The notes beneath the pieces are model-generated. The model saw only the letters and a program-made list of their open reading frames with translations. It was not told the origin of the DNA and searched no databases. The position numbers and the translations under genes were made by a program. From NCBI GenBank assembly GCA_013265495.1, contig MU058531.1, positions 2,294,911 through 2,358,910 of the forward strand: a stretch of DNA of 64,000 nucleotides, read 5' to 3'. Source of the stretch: Vicugna vicugna (lineage: Eukaryota). Position 1 is the stretch's first letter. Every line of letters starts with the position of its first letter. This document shows positions 1 through 14,206 of this stretch, one piece after another.

Positions 1-85
1 ATTATCTTATGAAATAGCTGGTTGTCTCAACAGCCAGTTCAGCATTTTATAATTATTTTTAAAATGTTTAATGTATTATATTTAG

Positions 86-289
<204 letters not shown>

Positions 290-629
290 TAATTTGTACT
301 CACATTAAAGAAATTAAAGAATGGGTAAAAGTAGCTTTCTTACCTTAAGCATTAATTGTGAAATTCTATTTATTCACCTGAAATGATATTTTCTGTCCAT
401 TTAAGAAACATTATTATACTATTATGTCTGAATTTTCCTCACTGGAGATGCTAACTTAAGAAAAAACTATTCCTTTGAGTTTTGAAAGTAGAACATGATT
501 TTAATACACTTTGTGAGTGTTCAAAATAATGGTGGTGTAATGCTTTACCTGTGAAACTAGTTGAAACTAATCAGTAATCAAGAATTTAGCACCTTCTAAT
601 GATGTAAGATGTGAAACGTATTTAATTTT

Positions 630-691
630 TTTTTTTACCACTTAAAAATATTGAAATATAGTTGATTTAGAATGTATTAGTTTCTGGTGTA
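630..691 (-). mobile_element. Severely 5'-truncated LINE-1 3' terminus with TSD
   Basis: T-run plus attgaaatatagttgatttagaatgt (antisense L1 end), flanked by tgaaa(c)gtatttaatttt at 612-629 and 692-708. Confidence 0.75.
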
Positions 692-992
692 TGAAAGTAT
701 TTAATTTTCTATTAGGTGTACTTTTGAGGAATTAGCAGCATATAATACAGAAAAAATTTATGAGGAAGCACAATTACTATAATAGATTGGCAAAATCAAT
801 TTTCCTTGTCTAGATGACATGGGGAGGGGAAATAAACATTCCTGTATAAATTAGCATGAACGTTAAAATTTCTTCTGATATAAAATTTACTAGTTCTTAT
901 CAGGAGAAATCCTAACGAAGCACAGATATTTTCATTAGATTGCTTTTGTCATACCTGTCTTATTAAAATCTATTTTCAAAAATCAAATATAG

Positions 993-1217
<225 letters not shown>

Positions 1218-2168
1218 TAATTCTAGTCTTTGTATGTTTAGTGTGAGACTAATTTTAAAACTGATAATTAAATTTTATCATTAAAAACTCAGGTGGCAGT
1301 CACTAGTCCCCTCTAATGCATGCACCAGCTGATCAAACTAGGGATAAATGCTTCTGCTACCTTTGAATTAAAACAAATCTCAGTTTTTTTTTTTCTGTAA
1401 AATGTTATGTTTATTAAACAATAACTAAATGTATAAACTTTAGAAGAAAAAGCCCCTTTTATCCCTGACGGTATATCCTTTTCCATAGATAATACAGTTA
1501 ACATTTCTTGGGTTTCCTTATTGAAATGTTTTGTGTATATACATTCTCCAATTTTTTTTTCCTTTTGAGTATGGATCTTTTGAATGTTTGCTGTATTGTC
1601 AGAATATATGGGTATTATTTTTAACTATAACCATTATTGTTACCTTCATTTTGGAAAATACTTAACTATCAATTTGTTTACTATAAAAGTATTGTCCTCA
1701 CTATAGAAAATTTGGAAGATGCAGAAATGTAAGAATTTTTGAAAATCACCTAGAGTTTAGTCAGTCTAAGCTAACCACTAAAAATTTTGTTTAATGATTT
1801 CTAGTTTCTCTTTTCTTCCATAACCTCTTTTATCTACAGTTATACTGTGTGTTACTTTTAGTTAGAGACTAATTTTTAGAATATTCTAATTCTTGTTTAC
1901 TGTGAGTTACAGCTTTGGGTCTGATACACCTACAGATATACCAAATGTTTACTGAACATTATGGAACATATATAATTTATATTTAAAGTTATTCCTTGCT
2001 TATGTAGTGAGCCAATTATTTTAAATTTATTTGTTATTACAAATTTACACAACAAGGATATAATTTTGCCAACTTCTTTGAAGTGGTTCTAACTGTATTT
2101 AAATATATTTATGTCCAAGTTTACATCTTTTTTCTTTTTTTTTTTCTTTTTCTTTTTTTTTGGTATAG

Positions 2169-2341
2169 GTAACCTGCTGTCTTCCAGTGTCTCTGCATTA
2201 GACACTATTACTACAACAGCACTCGGATCTCTCACATCCATTCCAGAAAATGTGTCTACACTTGTTTCTCAGATTTCTAATATGATATTAAAAGAACAAT
2301 CATTAGCAACAGAAAGTAAAACTGCACTTCAGACATTGATT
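2169..2341 (+). CDS. KIF11: KIF11 coding exon (probably 14)
   Basis: long poly-T tract, tatag|GTAACC...TTGATT|gttagt; 173 nt; [16 protein letters not shown]...; frame continues. Confidence 0.95.
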
Positions 2342-3983
2342 GTTAGTAAATCTCTTAAAATATTTTTGAAGGGTTACATTTGATAAGTCTTCAAAACAAT
2401 GTTAACTGGTGTTCTTTCATCTTAAGCTTTACTAGTCACAATGATAAACATGCCACTTTAAGAGGAGGTTTATATTTTTAAAGACAAATCTCTTCACTGT
2501 TTTTTTCTCCCAGAATGATTGATTTCCAAATGCATATAACCAACCTTTGAAACTTTTTTCACTTACACATTGTAACATTAAGTGTAGGAGTCAGTAAGCC
2601 TTTTAATAACTAGAAAGGGTGGGTTTAGCTTCAGATGAATTTAAGGGACCTATGACTTGTTAGTTAGCTCAGAAATTTGTCTGTCATCCTTTCCTCAAGG
2701 ATCCTAAAATTGTCACACTGACCCAACTAGAATGGGATGTTAGATGGTCAATTTTAAAACTACAGAAATACAGAAAAATGTGCAAGAAAAATAACTTACA
2801 AAATTTTGGAAACAATAATAGAAACTTTTGGGGTCAGATATCTGTGATCGAGCCCATCTGGCCTTTAACTGTAAGGATCTTTTTCACAGTTCTATAAAAG
2901 CCAGTCATGTAATTACATAATATTAATTACCTTCGCCACACTTGATTTGTATATACTCTTTATTTTGTAATAATTTGTATGATTTGTCTAGGAAGTTCTT
3001 GGCATCACTTTGTTTCCTTCTTTATGCAGGCTCTTTTTTAACTTTAATAATATTTACCAAATATTTTCCAAGTAAATACTACAAATGTTAGCTGATACTT
3101 TGCCTAATTTTAGTGCTTGTATGACATTATTTTGTATATTTCTTCAATCACACAAATTTGATAAAGTTAAAAGATACTCTGTTGGTACTAACTTTTTGGA
3201 AATGGATTTATTCACTAAATGATAGTCTGTATTCATTGATGTTTTCTTACCAAGCTGTAAGCATTGCTTAAGTCCAAAGTGATGATTGCTGCTCCCACAG
3301 AATGAGTTGAAATTAGTACGATAGCTCTTCTTTCAAAAGAATACTGGTAGCCTTTTATGCATTTACTAATTATTTCTGTTAACGTTCCTCATCCTTGCCC
3401 TAGTAAAAGGAGTTTAGATCAGAATTTTTTTTTTCCTTTTTATAAAAATTCCCAATCAACAGTATATTCTCAACTTTTCTATACACCTTGACAAGAAAAG
3501 AACCTTGACAAGAATAAGAACCTTGACAAATTTAAATACCTCCAGCCCAAAGCCTACTTTTGAAGCCTATTTGGTCTTAGCCTTTTTGACTTTATAACCT
3601 AAACTTGTTTGAAATTTATTTTGTTAGAATATACTTGTTTTTTTTTCCCTTCCTTTGTTTGCAATGCTGAAATCTTATCAAATGACTGTCATTTCCTCCT
3701 CTTCTGAATTCTTCTGACTTCTGCTGCATTAGACTGTTAAGCATCTATTGTACATGAAGTGAACATTCTCTTAATTACTATATGCAGGATTATGTGATTT
3801 ATGATGAATATAAACTCTAGTACTAGGGTCTGTAAGTTATAACGAACAGAGAATGGACACTTAGGATGTTAATATACATGTGCTTAGATAACAGAGTATT
3901 TAAGATATTATCATTTAACCAGTCAGATTTATGGAAGTGAAAATATTCTTTTTAAATTCTTCTTTGTTTATTTTTAAAACCAG

Positions 3984-4109
3984 AATGTACTTAAGACTGA
4001 CCTTCTCAGTTCACTGGAAACAGTTTTATCCCCCACTGTGGTGTCTATCCTGGAAATCAATAATCAACTAAAGCGTATTTTCAAGACTTCATTGATAGTG
4101 GCTAATAAG
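3984..4109 (+). CDS. KIF11: KIF11 coding exon (probably 15)
   Basis: ccag|AATGTA...AATAAG|gtaaca; 126 nt; [26 protein letters not shown]... Confidence 0.95.
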
Positions 4110-4628
4110 GTAACAAATAATCTTATTCTCTTAAATTGTCATTTAAGAAAGAAACTCTCTCTGTGGCCATACCTGGAGATATGTTTATGTGCAGAATGCA
4201 TGGGTTGTAAGAAGGAATCTGGAGGAGGGAAGAGAGAAGATGCTCTCTACACTGATGTGGTCAGCAGAATCATGGCTGAGAGAAATGAGAGAGAATGACC
4301 TTCAAGATAAATATTTAAGTATACACAGTAGCATACATAGGCTATCGTATGGTCGGTGAGGAAGATATACATATAAATGCATACCCATATATGCTTGCCT
4401 AAATATGGATAATAAAATATCTCTGGAAGTGTTTAAAAATGGTAGCCATCGTGTCTTAGAGGCAGAAGTGGGACTGGAGTTCTAGGGGCTGGAGAAAGGT
4501 ACTTTTCTCCGCATACTATTTTCTATCTTTTCTATTTTGTATGTATTTAAAAAATAAAAATAATGAATAAATAAACTTAGAACTTTTTTTTAATTTAAGA
4601 AAAAGAAATTAAGTTTTTTTCTTTAAAG

Positions 4629-4787
4629 ATAGAAGATCAGAAAAAGGAAATGGATGACTTTCTCAGTACACTGTGTAACAATCTACATGAACTACAAGAA
4701 AATACAGTTTCTTCCTTGACCGAATCACAGAAGCAATGTGAGAACTTAACTGAAGACCTGAAGACGATAAAGAAAATCCACTCACAG
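4629..4787 (+). CDS. KIF11: KIF11 coding exon (probably 16)
   Basis: taaag|ATAGAA...TCACAG|gtatct; 159 nt; [25 protein letters not shown]...HSQ. Confidence 0.95.
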
Positions 4788-6914
4788 GTATCTTATTTAG
4801 GTGATTTGGGGAGTGTAAAAAGTTTTAAGATCTTTAACTTGATAATCCTTGTTACCTAAACGGAATGTTGTCTAACTAATTTAGAAACCTGAAAATACCA
4901 TGGCCACTTTTGCTTATAACAATAATGAATGTAAAATAATTGGAAGTACTTTTCTTGATCAGTTAATATTTGATGATTTACTACATGTAGAACCCTATGC
5001 TAAAGCACAATAAGACAAGAGTCCTTTCCTCACATGAAGATGAAACATAAAGCTGCAAAAACATACTGTTGGGAGTACGGTTAGAAGAAAATGGTCATAG
5101 CCTTTAAAATGAACATGTATCTACATTATAACCTGACAAATTGATTTTTTTTTTAGGGTAGCATGGATAGTTATTCTCTTTCATAAACTATGTCCTGCTT
5201 TCTTTTACTGTATGTCTCATTGATATCAGGCATTTAAATTGTAATATATTAATATAATTCTTAATTTTTATTGATAAATATAATTCATGACTTCTCTATA
5301 TAAACTCTTCCTCAGTATATGAGGCTTTAAACCAAAATCAAACCTCTAAAACAGGGAAGTCATTATCTATAAGCCTTGGTAATGAATGTCTAAAAGTTCT
5401 ATTAAATGAGACTATTGCTATACGATAGAACTCTTTGGTCAGTAAAACTGTTAACGTGATATAGTGACCAGTAAGGGATTATTTTGGAAATGAGGAAAAG
5501 GGAATTCATATCCATGTCACCTGAAATGAGAAGAGAAACACATCCAAGATTTTTAAGTAAGAATTAAAGCAACTTTAAAATAAGATTGTTTCTCTAATTG
5601 ATAAGCATGAAGCTTTTCAGACAAAAGGTTAATATCAGGAATTAATACAAATAATAGTTAACATTTATTGAGCAACTCACCATATGTTTATTCCTCCCAC
5701 CAATATAGATACAGGTTCTATTACTAGCTCAGTTTTCTAATGAGGAAACTGAGGCCTCATGAACATTTTACTATTTAGGTCATCTTATAGCAGTGGTGAT
5801 GATTATATTGCCTGAAAGACGTGCATTTTTGAGGGCTTTTCTGTGTTTCTAGAACATATTTTTGCAATTTGAAATTGCAGCGATTTCTCATACCTCTTCC
5901 TAGAGTGTCTACCTTAAACCTGTCTAGATGTTTTTAGGTATATATTCTAAGGTAGATCACCTTTTTATAAATCAGCTGTTTTGAAATGTTTAAAATTGGT
6001 AAGTAGCTGTTTGAAAATAAAACACTTATGATATGAAAAGTATTTTAGCATGAGTGGTTTGACTTCCCAGGCTTAATGAAGCAAGCTAACTGAGCTACTT
6101 CTTAGATTTTTCTAGAACTTGAGGTTAGCACTGACAAACCAATTATGTAAAACTCTGAACACCTGTTTACATGTAGATAAATCTGAGAATACCTGCATTT
6201 CCCTCTACTTCGAGACTAGTAAAAATACTGACACACTTGATTCATAATCTGAGTGTTACATGTGTGTTGTCATCTGATGTGTTATTCAGAGATCTTGACC
6301 AACTAATGGACTGAATAGTTAATATGACTGCTGAGTGCATTTTCAGCTCTTCCTTGGTCTTTAGTGAAGCTGCTTCCTTTTGTAAGGCCCTAGCATGTTG
6401 TGTGCTTCTGAGAGATTATTTTGGAAGATGACAAGTTTGAGAAAAGGCAAAACTATTTACATTTAATTAATATGATCCAACTGTGTTCTGTAAAATGTTT
6501 CAGCTCTAGTAACTGATAATGTTTTTGGACTGTTTGACCCATTAAGATTATCAGCATTACTTTTTCCCTTCTGGTGTTATCAGTTCAGAAGGAGCTATGT
6601 ATATCTCTCAAAGTGGTTCTCAAACACAATGTGACATCTTGGTGTATCTGGTTAGTTTTGAGGTATACTGAAAGTAATTTGTTATTCATAGGTAAAACAG
6701 CAGAGTTTGCTAATTATTTACTTTTTTAAAAAAATGCTTAGAATACTATTCTTTTAATATCACTTCCACTATTTTCCTCTGTGAGAGAGAGATAAAGATC
6801 TATTGTCAGGAATTTGTATAATTCTCACCTATGGGGAAATACTTCATGTAAGTATAGAATAAAAAGTTTGTGTCATAATTGCAGTCTCTTCCACTCCCCA
6901 CACCTTTCTTACAG

Positions 6915-7021
6915 GAACTTTGCCAGTTAATCAATCTTTGGGAGGAGAGATTTTGTGCTTTGGAGGAAAAGTGTGAGAACATCCAGAAACCACTTAGTGG
7001 TGTTCAAGAAAATACAGAGCA
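6915..7021 (+). CDS. KIF11: KIF11 coding exon (probably 17), too short for the ORF track
   Basis: acag|GAACTT...GAGCA|gtaagc; 107 nt; [35 protein letters not shown]; phase matches both neighbours. Confidence 0.93.
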
Positions 7022-7049
7022 GTAAGCTGTTTTAAATTCTCTTTAACTT

Positions 7050-10000
7050 TTCTCTGCCTGAAATTATTTCTGAATAAAAAGCTTTAAATAGTACAAATAC
7101 TGTCAACCCCATTTCTCATTTAAGATTTTATTATATTTGCTTTATCATTCTCATTCCTCTCTCCTCTTTTATCTCTAATATTTTATATATATATATAATC
7201 TTTTTTGAATAGTCTTTATAATGCCCATTTCCCCCCAAATACTTCATTTTATATATTTCTTAAAAATATAGGATACTCTTTTATAACCATAGGACAATTA
7301 TTTTAAATCAAAAAACTTAATATTGATAATTATTATTATCTAATATACAGACCTAATTCAAATTTTACCAGTTGTCTCACTAACGTTCCTTATAGGAAAA
7401 GAAAAAGATTTTCCTCCTGGTCCAGGATTTAATTCAGGATCACACATTGCACTTAATTGTCATGTTTCTTGAGTCTCCTTTAATCTGGAGTAGTTTCCTT
7501 AGTCATTTTCATTCCTGGCCTTTTCTTTTTCCAAGAGTAGAATATTTATATAGTACTTCAATTGGGGTTGGCTTTCAGGACTAGTTGCAATTGTCAAGAA
7601 TATCACAAAAATGGTGTGTCCTCAGTGCATCTTAGATATCAAGAGGTTTAACCTTGGTAATTTGGTTATAGTATTGTCATCCAGATTTCTCCACTGTAAA
7701 GTTAATCTTTTCCTTTGCAAAATAATGAAGAACTTATGGGGAGATACTTTGAAACTATGTAAGTATCCTGTTCCTCTTAGAATCTATTGATATGCATGTC
7801 TGAAACAATTATGATACTGGTTGTCAGATAATCTTTTTTCTAACTCCATGATTCCTTCTATATTTGTTATTTGGCATTCTACTGAGAGGAAGTCCTGCCA
7901 CTTATTCTTGTTCATTTATTTATGTTAGCATGTACTCGTGGATTTTTTTATCCTCTGGTTTATAATCCACTTTTACTTATTTTGATACCCAAATTATCCC
8001 AGTTTTAACTAGTGAGAGCCTCTTCAAGTTGTCTCCTGTGTCCTTTTGATATGACCTGTCCTTTTTGAGCATTTTTTTATTTTCTGATATAGCAAGATAT
8101 TCCAGGTATCTTGTACTTTCTCAGCCCCAGCTCTGAAATCAAATTGACAGAAACCAAGATCTGGACACTAGATGTTCTCATTGTTATTGGGGTGTCATTT
8201 TTTTCTAAGGCTCCCTAGATGGACACAGCTATAGATAGATGTGTGAATGTGTATATATACATGCACATAAATTTCTATTTCATATTTGTGCTCCCTTTTC
8301 AGACAGTGAGAAACCTGGCTCTCGTCCACAATATATTTACTTGTTCAATCTTAGAATATGCATTAAATAATTTCACAATTTCTAACCCATAATCATGATG
8401 AGACATATCCTTACTACGTAGAGCAGGGTTTGGCAAACTATGACTAGCAGGCTAGATGCCTGCTGTTGCAAATAATTTTATTGGACAGAGCCATATTTGT
8501 TTACTCAGTCTGCCTATTTGTTTAAATGTTGCCTTTGGCTGTCTTTGGCTCCCTTTGCACTGCAGAGATTACATCGAAGTCTGTATAGCCTCTAAGCCTA
8601 AAATAATCGCTCTCTGGGTTTTTAAGAAAAAATTTGCTGATCCCTGCATTGGTGTTTAATATCACTTTATAGCCTCCTTAGTTTTTATAAGTTTGATTAT
8701 ATTGTGTCTTCTCTGTATTTCTTTGAGTTAATTCTATTTGGGTTTGCTCAGCTTCTTGAATCTACAGACTTATGCCTTTAACCAAGCTTGGAGAGTTTCA
8801 TCCATTATTTCTTTGAATGTTTTTCAGAAAAAAATTCTCTATTTCTAGGAGTTTGATGACACAGATGTTCGATCTTTTATTATGGTACCATAGGTCTCTG
8901 AGGCTACAGATGTATAGTCTGTTTTCTCTTTGTTGTTGTTAAGATTGAGTGAATTCTATAATGTCTTCATGTTCACTGACCCTTCCTTTGTCATCTCTAA
9001 CCTACTCTTGAACCCATTCAGTGAGGTGTTTTATTTCAGTTACTGCTTTTTTCAGCTTTGTAATTTTTATTTGCTTCTTTTTAAAATCTCTTCTATTTCT
9101 TTGTTAAGATCTTTTTTTCTCTAGATGTGTTTTAATTGCTCATTGGAACAATTTTATGATGGCTAGCTGCTTTAAAATCCTTGCCAAATTACTCCAACAT
9201 TTGAATTATCTCAGTGTTGGCACTTGTTATCTTTCCTCAATTCAAGTTGTGATTTTCCAGAGTGCTTTTCAATTGTATCTTGAACAATTTTTTTATTATG
9301 TTAGGAAACTAAGCATCCTATTTAAGTCTTTTTTTAAGTGGGCAGGTTCTGAACCATTTTGGGGGCTGTGGTTCCAGTAACAGTTTAATTTTCAGAGCCC
9401 TAGCAGTTTTATTCTGGCATGGATCATTCATATGCTACCCATATGAGAAGAATCTGTGTTCTGCTTTTGACAAATGAAGTGTTCTAAGCATGTCAACTAG
9501 GTCAAGTTGATTGATACTGCTATTTGGGTCATCTGTATCCTCACTGAGTTTCTGCCTACTTGTTCTATCAATTACTAATAGAGTGGTGTTGAAATCTCCC
9601 AACTATATTCTAGATTTGTCTATTTCTCTTCTCAGTTCTGCCAGTTTTTGCCTCATACATGTGATGCTCTGTTGTTAGATGCATACACATTTAGGGTTGA
9701 TATATCTTAGAGAACTGACCCTTTTACCATTATGTAATATCCCTTTTTATCCTTGATAATCTTCCTTGTTCTGAAGTCTACTTTGTCTGAAATTAACATA
9801 AATACTTCAGTTTTCCTTTGATTACCATTTGCATCCATCCTTTCAAATTTGGCTTTTTATATTTAAAGTAGATTTCTTGTAGACAACATATAATTGGATC
9901 TTGCTTTTCAATCAAATTTAACAATGTATGGCTTTTATTTGGTGTGTTTAGACCATTCTCATTTAAAGTATTGATATAGTTAGATTAAAATCTACCATTT

Positions 10001-10330
10001 TGTTGTTTTCTGTTTGTTGCATTATTTGTGCTTTGTTTCCTTTTTCCTTTCCTAATTTAAGTTGAGCATTTTTGTTTTCATTTTATCTATCTCATTGACT
10101 TATACTTTAAAATGACTATTTAAAGTGGTTTTTCTAGGGTTAATAATATATATTTTTAAATAATTTTAATCCACCTTCAAATAATTTGCTGTTTCCTGTA
10201 TAATGAAAGGACTTTATAAAAGTATATTCTCAATTCTTCCTATCTCTTAATGCATTGTTTTCATGTATTTTACATCTGCATATGCTATATTGACCCAGCA
10301 CACTGTTACTCTGTTTTATATATATATATA
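7050..10330 (-). mobile_element. Cluster of old LINE-1 (L1M-type) fragments in a KIF11 intron
   Basis: T-rich degenerate antisense L1 motifs (gtgttgaaatctcccaactatatt, gaactgacccttttaccattatg); boundaries approximate. Confidence 0.65.
8424..8646. mobile_element. MER58-like hAT-Charlie non-autonomous DNA transposon
   Basis: TIRs CAGGGTTTGGCAAAC ... TTTGCTGATCCCTG, ~220 bp. Confidence 0.75.
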
Positions 10331-10725
10331 TATAAAAATTTTTTTTTTAATACAGCTGCTAGAAATGTTAAAATTACATCTGTGGCTCTATTATACTTCT
10401 ATTAAATGATGCTGCTCTAGAATTCCGGCTATTACCTATCCTAGTACCTACCTGTCATCTGTTTTTCAGTCCTGTTGTTGGTCCTTTTTATTATATCATG
10501 TTCCATTCTGAACTCTTCTTTCTAGATTCTGAATCTAGAAAGCATTTCCCTACTTTTTATCCCTAGTGTCTAGACATAAGGATTTCTGATTTCTTCCATG
10601 TCTTTGAAAGGGAATACTAGAGTAGGACTGAAATGGGAAGGGAACTATGATATACTTTCTTTAAGACCTATGGAAGTCATTATGCAAGTCATTTTTCTTA
10701 TCCTCCTGACATTTATCATGTACAG

Positions 10726-10831
10726 CAATGTTTCTCAAAGTATGGTCCAGGGTCCCTGTAAAAGAATCAGCCAGGAGCAAGCCCCAGTAATCTAGGTGAG
10801 GTTTATGTATACTGCAGTTTGAGTCCCACTG
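10726..10831. mobile_element. MER5-like DNA transposon remnant
   Basis: ends caatgtttctcaaa ... tttgagtcccactg. Confidence 0.55.
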
Positions 10832-11540
10832 CCTTTGGCATTTGCCATAGATTGTAGTCTCTTATGAATAAATTTCATCTTCCTGCTAGGTTGTGATTCC
10901 TTGAGAGGATAGATTTGTGTTGATAGCCTCCAAGCTTACCATTTAAAATTCTTTTCCTTTTTCAATTATTTCCACTTAATCTGTAGTTGAACTTTGGTAT
11001 TCAACACATTTGCCTCCTCACTTGATTTACTCACAAGGTGTACCATCTAGTGGTAATAGAGGGTAACCTGCATTCCCCAAAGTTTAACTCTGTGGTCTTG
11101 TGAGATGACTTTGAATGCTGTTCTAGGGAACCTTACTGAGAGAATGAAGCCGTCAATGAATTTTAAATATATGTTCTGATACTGATTTTTTATCGGGGTT
11201 GTGTTACATTGTACTACATTGCCGTATGTATAGTTTGTCATACCTCAATATAATTTTATGATTTATTTTATATCATAGACAAGGCAAAACTGCTTAAGAG
11301 TAGAATGCCTATGGACAGTTTAGGGACTTGAGTAGAAGCTGTGGGAGATGTCCTTAAGTAACATAATCTAGTGGGAGGAGTAAAACATGTAGAGAGCTCA
11401 TTTTATTAAGGGTATAGTTAATATTCTATGAGGTACAAAGTGTCATATCTGAAGAAGGGCTGGAAAAAGTTTTATAAGAAAAGAAATATTTTCAAAGGTC
11501 ATTTAGTGGCAGATGTGCTATCAATCTGCTGTGAAAAGAC

Positions 11541-11652
11541 AGTTAAGAACATGGGCTCTGGAGCTAGACTGCTTAGGTTTGAATATGCTGTTTTTTGAGC
11601 TGTGTGATCTCGGGCAGGTTATATATCCTTTGAACTTTAGTTTTTCATTTTA
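11541..11652 (+). mobile_element. MIR SINE fragment next to a KIF11 acceptor
   Basis: gttaagaacatgggctctggagctagactgc...gctgtgtgatctcgggcaggtta resembles the MIR 5' part and core. Confidence 0.7.
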
Positions 11653-11677
11653 ACAGTGTTATTCTCTTCTCCTATAG

Positions 11678-11957
11678 GAAATCTAAAGATATAATCAGCA
11701 AAACAACTTCTCACAGTGAAAAATTTTGTGCTGATTTTGATGACTTGTCAGAGAAACTTAGATGTTTTAACCAGGAAGGTACAAAATTGGTTGAAGAGTC
11801 TGAGAAACACTGTGATAAACTTAGTAGCCGCTTTGATACAGTATCTCAAGAGACTGAACAGAGGTGTGAGGCTCTGAACACAAGCACACTTTGTTTTTCT
11901 GAACAGTGGATATCTTGCATAAATAAAAGGGAAGAGGAACTTCAGAATTTACTGAAG
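11678..11957 (+). CDS. KIF11: KIF11 coding exon (probably 18)
   Basis: ctatag|GAAATC...CTGAAG|gtaata; 280 nt; [21 protein letters not shown]...EELQNLLK. Confidence 0.94.
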
Positions 11958-12524
11958 GTAATAACTTTGTTATGGAACCTACTTTAGGGAAAATAGTGAT
12001 AATCAGAAAATTAAATATTCTTGGCTAAGAATTGGTTTCAAAACACATGATATTTTAAAATATAATGAATGACTTAAGTTTTTAAGTATAATGGTTGGTA
12101 TGCTTATACACGATCTTGTTTCATGTCTCTGTTGCCTAGATGTCAAAATTATTTAACATTTGTCTTTCCTATAGCCATCTTTGATTTTTGACTTGTTAGT
12201 TCCTTCAGTTAGGGGCACCGTGACTTTTGCTATATAATATCTTTCAAATATCTTTCAGTTATATATGCTTTTTGCTTTTCTCCTGTAATTGCTGATTCAA
12301 TTCAAACCTGTTACTACTTTAAGTATTTAGGATATTATTCTGGTTGCTTAGAAGATACTTAATAGGTTTGTGGGTTTGCTTGAACTTGACACTTGCATGA
12401 ACCCTTTGTGGCTTGGTTTTTCTTCTGTGCAGTGAAAAGATTTTACTTGTATTCTCAGGAATTAGGTAAAAGAACTTAAGTACTTTAAGCTGTATAAGCT
12501 TTTTTCATTAGAAGGAACTAATTC

Positions 12525-13870
12525 TAATGGAGAAACAGCTGATTTCAAGTTTGGAGCAGAAAATGTATCGAATGAGCCTAGAGGTCTTGTCATACTAGAA
12601 AGTAAGGAAGCTGTTAAAAATTAGTGAGTTGTGTCGAAAAGACTTAGGAGCCAACCTGACGACACTCTACTGTTTACAGATGGTACAATTTGAGCATCAA
12701 AAAGAATAAGTGCTACAACAGATTAAAATATATCATATATTAAAACCAATGAATTCATTAAAATTTCATAGGTCTCCTTTCGATCATGCTAGGGAAGAAA
12801 TGAATTATTCTAAGAAGTGGTAAATAAGGGGAAAACAATTGAGCATCCATCTCCTTTCCTGAAAGAATTCTATCTTGGTTTAGCAGGTAATAGATGAAGA
12901 AAGGTATTTCAAAAGGAATCCCAGCTAATAAAATGCAGAAGAAATGATAGAATTAGAATATCAACATTTTGCAACCCTTAGTGAAATAATAACCCCTGCG
13001 GACACTTAAGACTGCTTACACCATTTGATCAAAAGCTGGCAGATTTTTACAACTAATAGGGTGACCTCACTCAAACATACTGATTAATCTTAACGTGAGA
13101 GACCAACTAGGCATTATGTGTTTCAGTACCACCTGAAGTCAGTGCCAAGAAGCTAAAAACTGATTTAGAGCAAACCTTTAGATCTAACTTGTAGAAACCT
13201 GTAGATCTAATTTGTGGAAAATACAGAGGACAGATGAACACGTGAAACTACAGCTTAGAGATGCACTTGACCAAGTCCAGGAATTAGAGATAGTCACTAC
13301 AGCAAAGACCTAGTTTCTTCAATGAAATTTTGTTTCAAGGGGAAAAGTATGAGGAAGGATAACCTCTATCAAAAGAGAGGTAAGACTAGAGGGCCTTAAA
13401 TCCTGGGTTGCCTGGGATAGGCCTTGTTTATTTCTATTGCACTGGGATAATTATTGCTAAGAATGGTCCTTTTTCACTCTGAGAAGTATCTATGTTTGGA
13501 TGATAAATTATATAGTCACTTAAGAAATATCAACTAAATCTAATGATAAATTCTGTTTCAAATAAAACAAGTATAAAAACTATTTGAGACAGTTGTTGAA
13601 ATCTGGACATTGACTAAGACATTTGGTATAAAGAATTCAGTGTTAAATTTTTTTTAGATGTGAGAGTGGTCTTATAAAGTTCTTAACTCTTAGAGATGTA
13701 TGCTGAAGTAAATCGATGAAATGATATAGGATTTGCTTCAAAATAAACCTGGTGGAGAACAGGAGTAAGTGACCAATCTGTTTGATCTATACCCTGTGTA
13801 TTAATAAATGTTGAGGCTGGGTAGTGAATATAAAGGGGTTAATTATACTATTATCTCTACTTTTGCATGT
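12525..13870 (+). mobile_element. Old LINE-1 3' region (L1MC-like)
   Basis: degenerate L1MC-type 3'UTR motifs (aatgagcctagaggtcttgtcatactagaaag; ggggttaattatactattatctctacttttg). Confidence 0.6.
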
Positions 13871-13983
13871 GTTTTTTTAAGCTTTTATTATGGAAAATTT
13901 CAAGGTAAGGAGAAGTTAATATATTGAATAAAACACCAGCAACTTTGATTTTAATAATGAAAGCTCATTTGTATCATTTACAG

Positions 13984-14206
13984 GTTGTAAACCAAGGTTG
14001 TGAGACTTCATGTTCGGAGATTACTGAAAAATTAAGTAGACATAAAGCAGCTAATGAGAACCAGCATAATATTTTTCTTGGTCAGATAGCTACTGATGAA
14101 GAAGAATTAATGACACAAAGTCAAGAACTTAATAAAACCGTAAGAATTGGTTTGACTAAGCTTAATTGCTTTCTACAAGAGGATCTGAAACTGGATATCC
14201 CAACAG
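13984..14206 (+). CDS. KIF11: KIF11 coding exon (probably 19)
   Basis: acag|GTTGTA...CAACAG|gtactt; 223 nt; VVNQGCE...[19 protein letters not shown]. Confidence 0.95.

Noticed and set aside
13172..13217. Small tandem duplications inside old L1s (also 33441-33471, 34053-34088)
   Set aside because: Ordinary slippage within decayed repeats; not an array with spacers, and nothing CRISPR-like.
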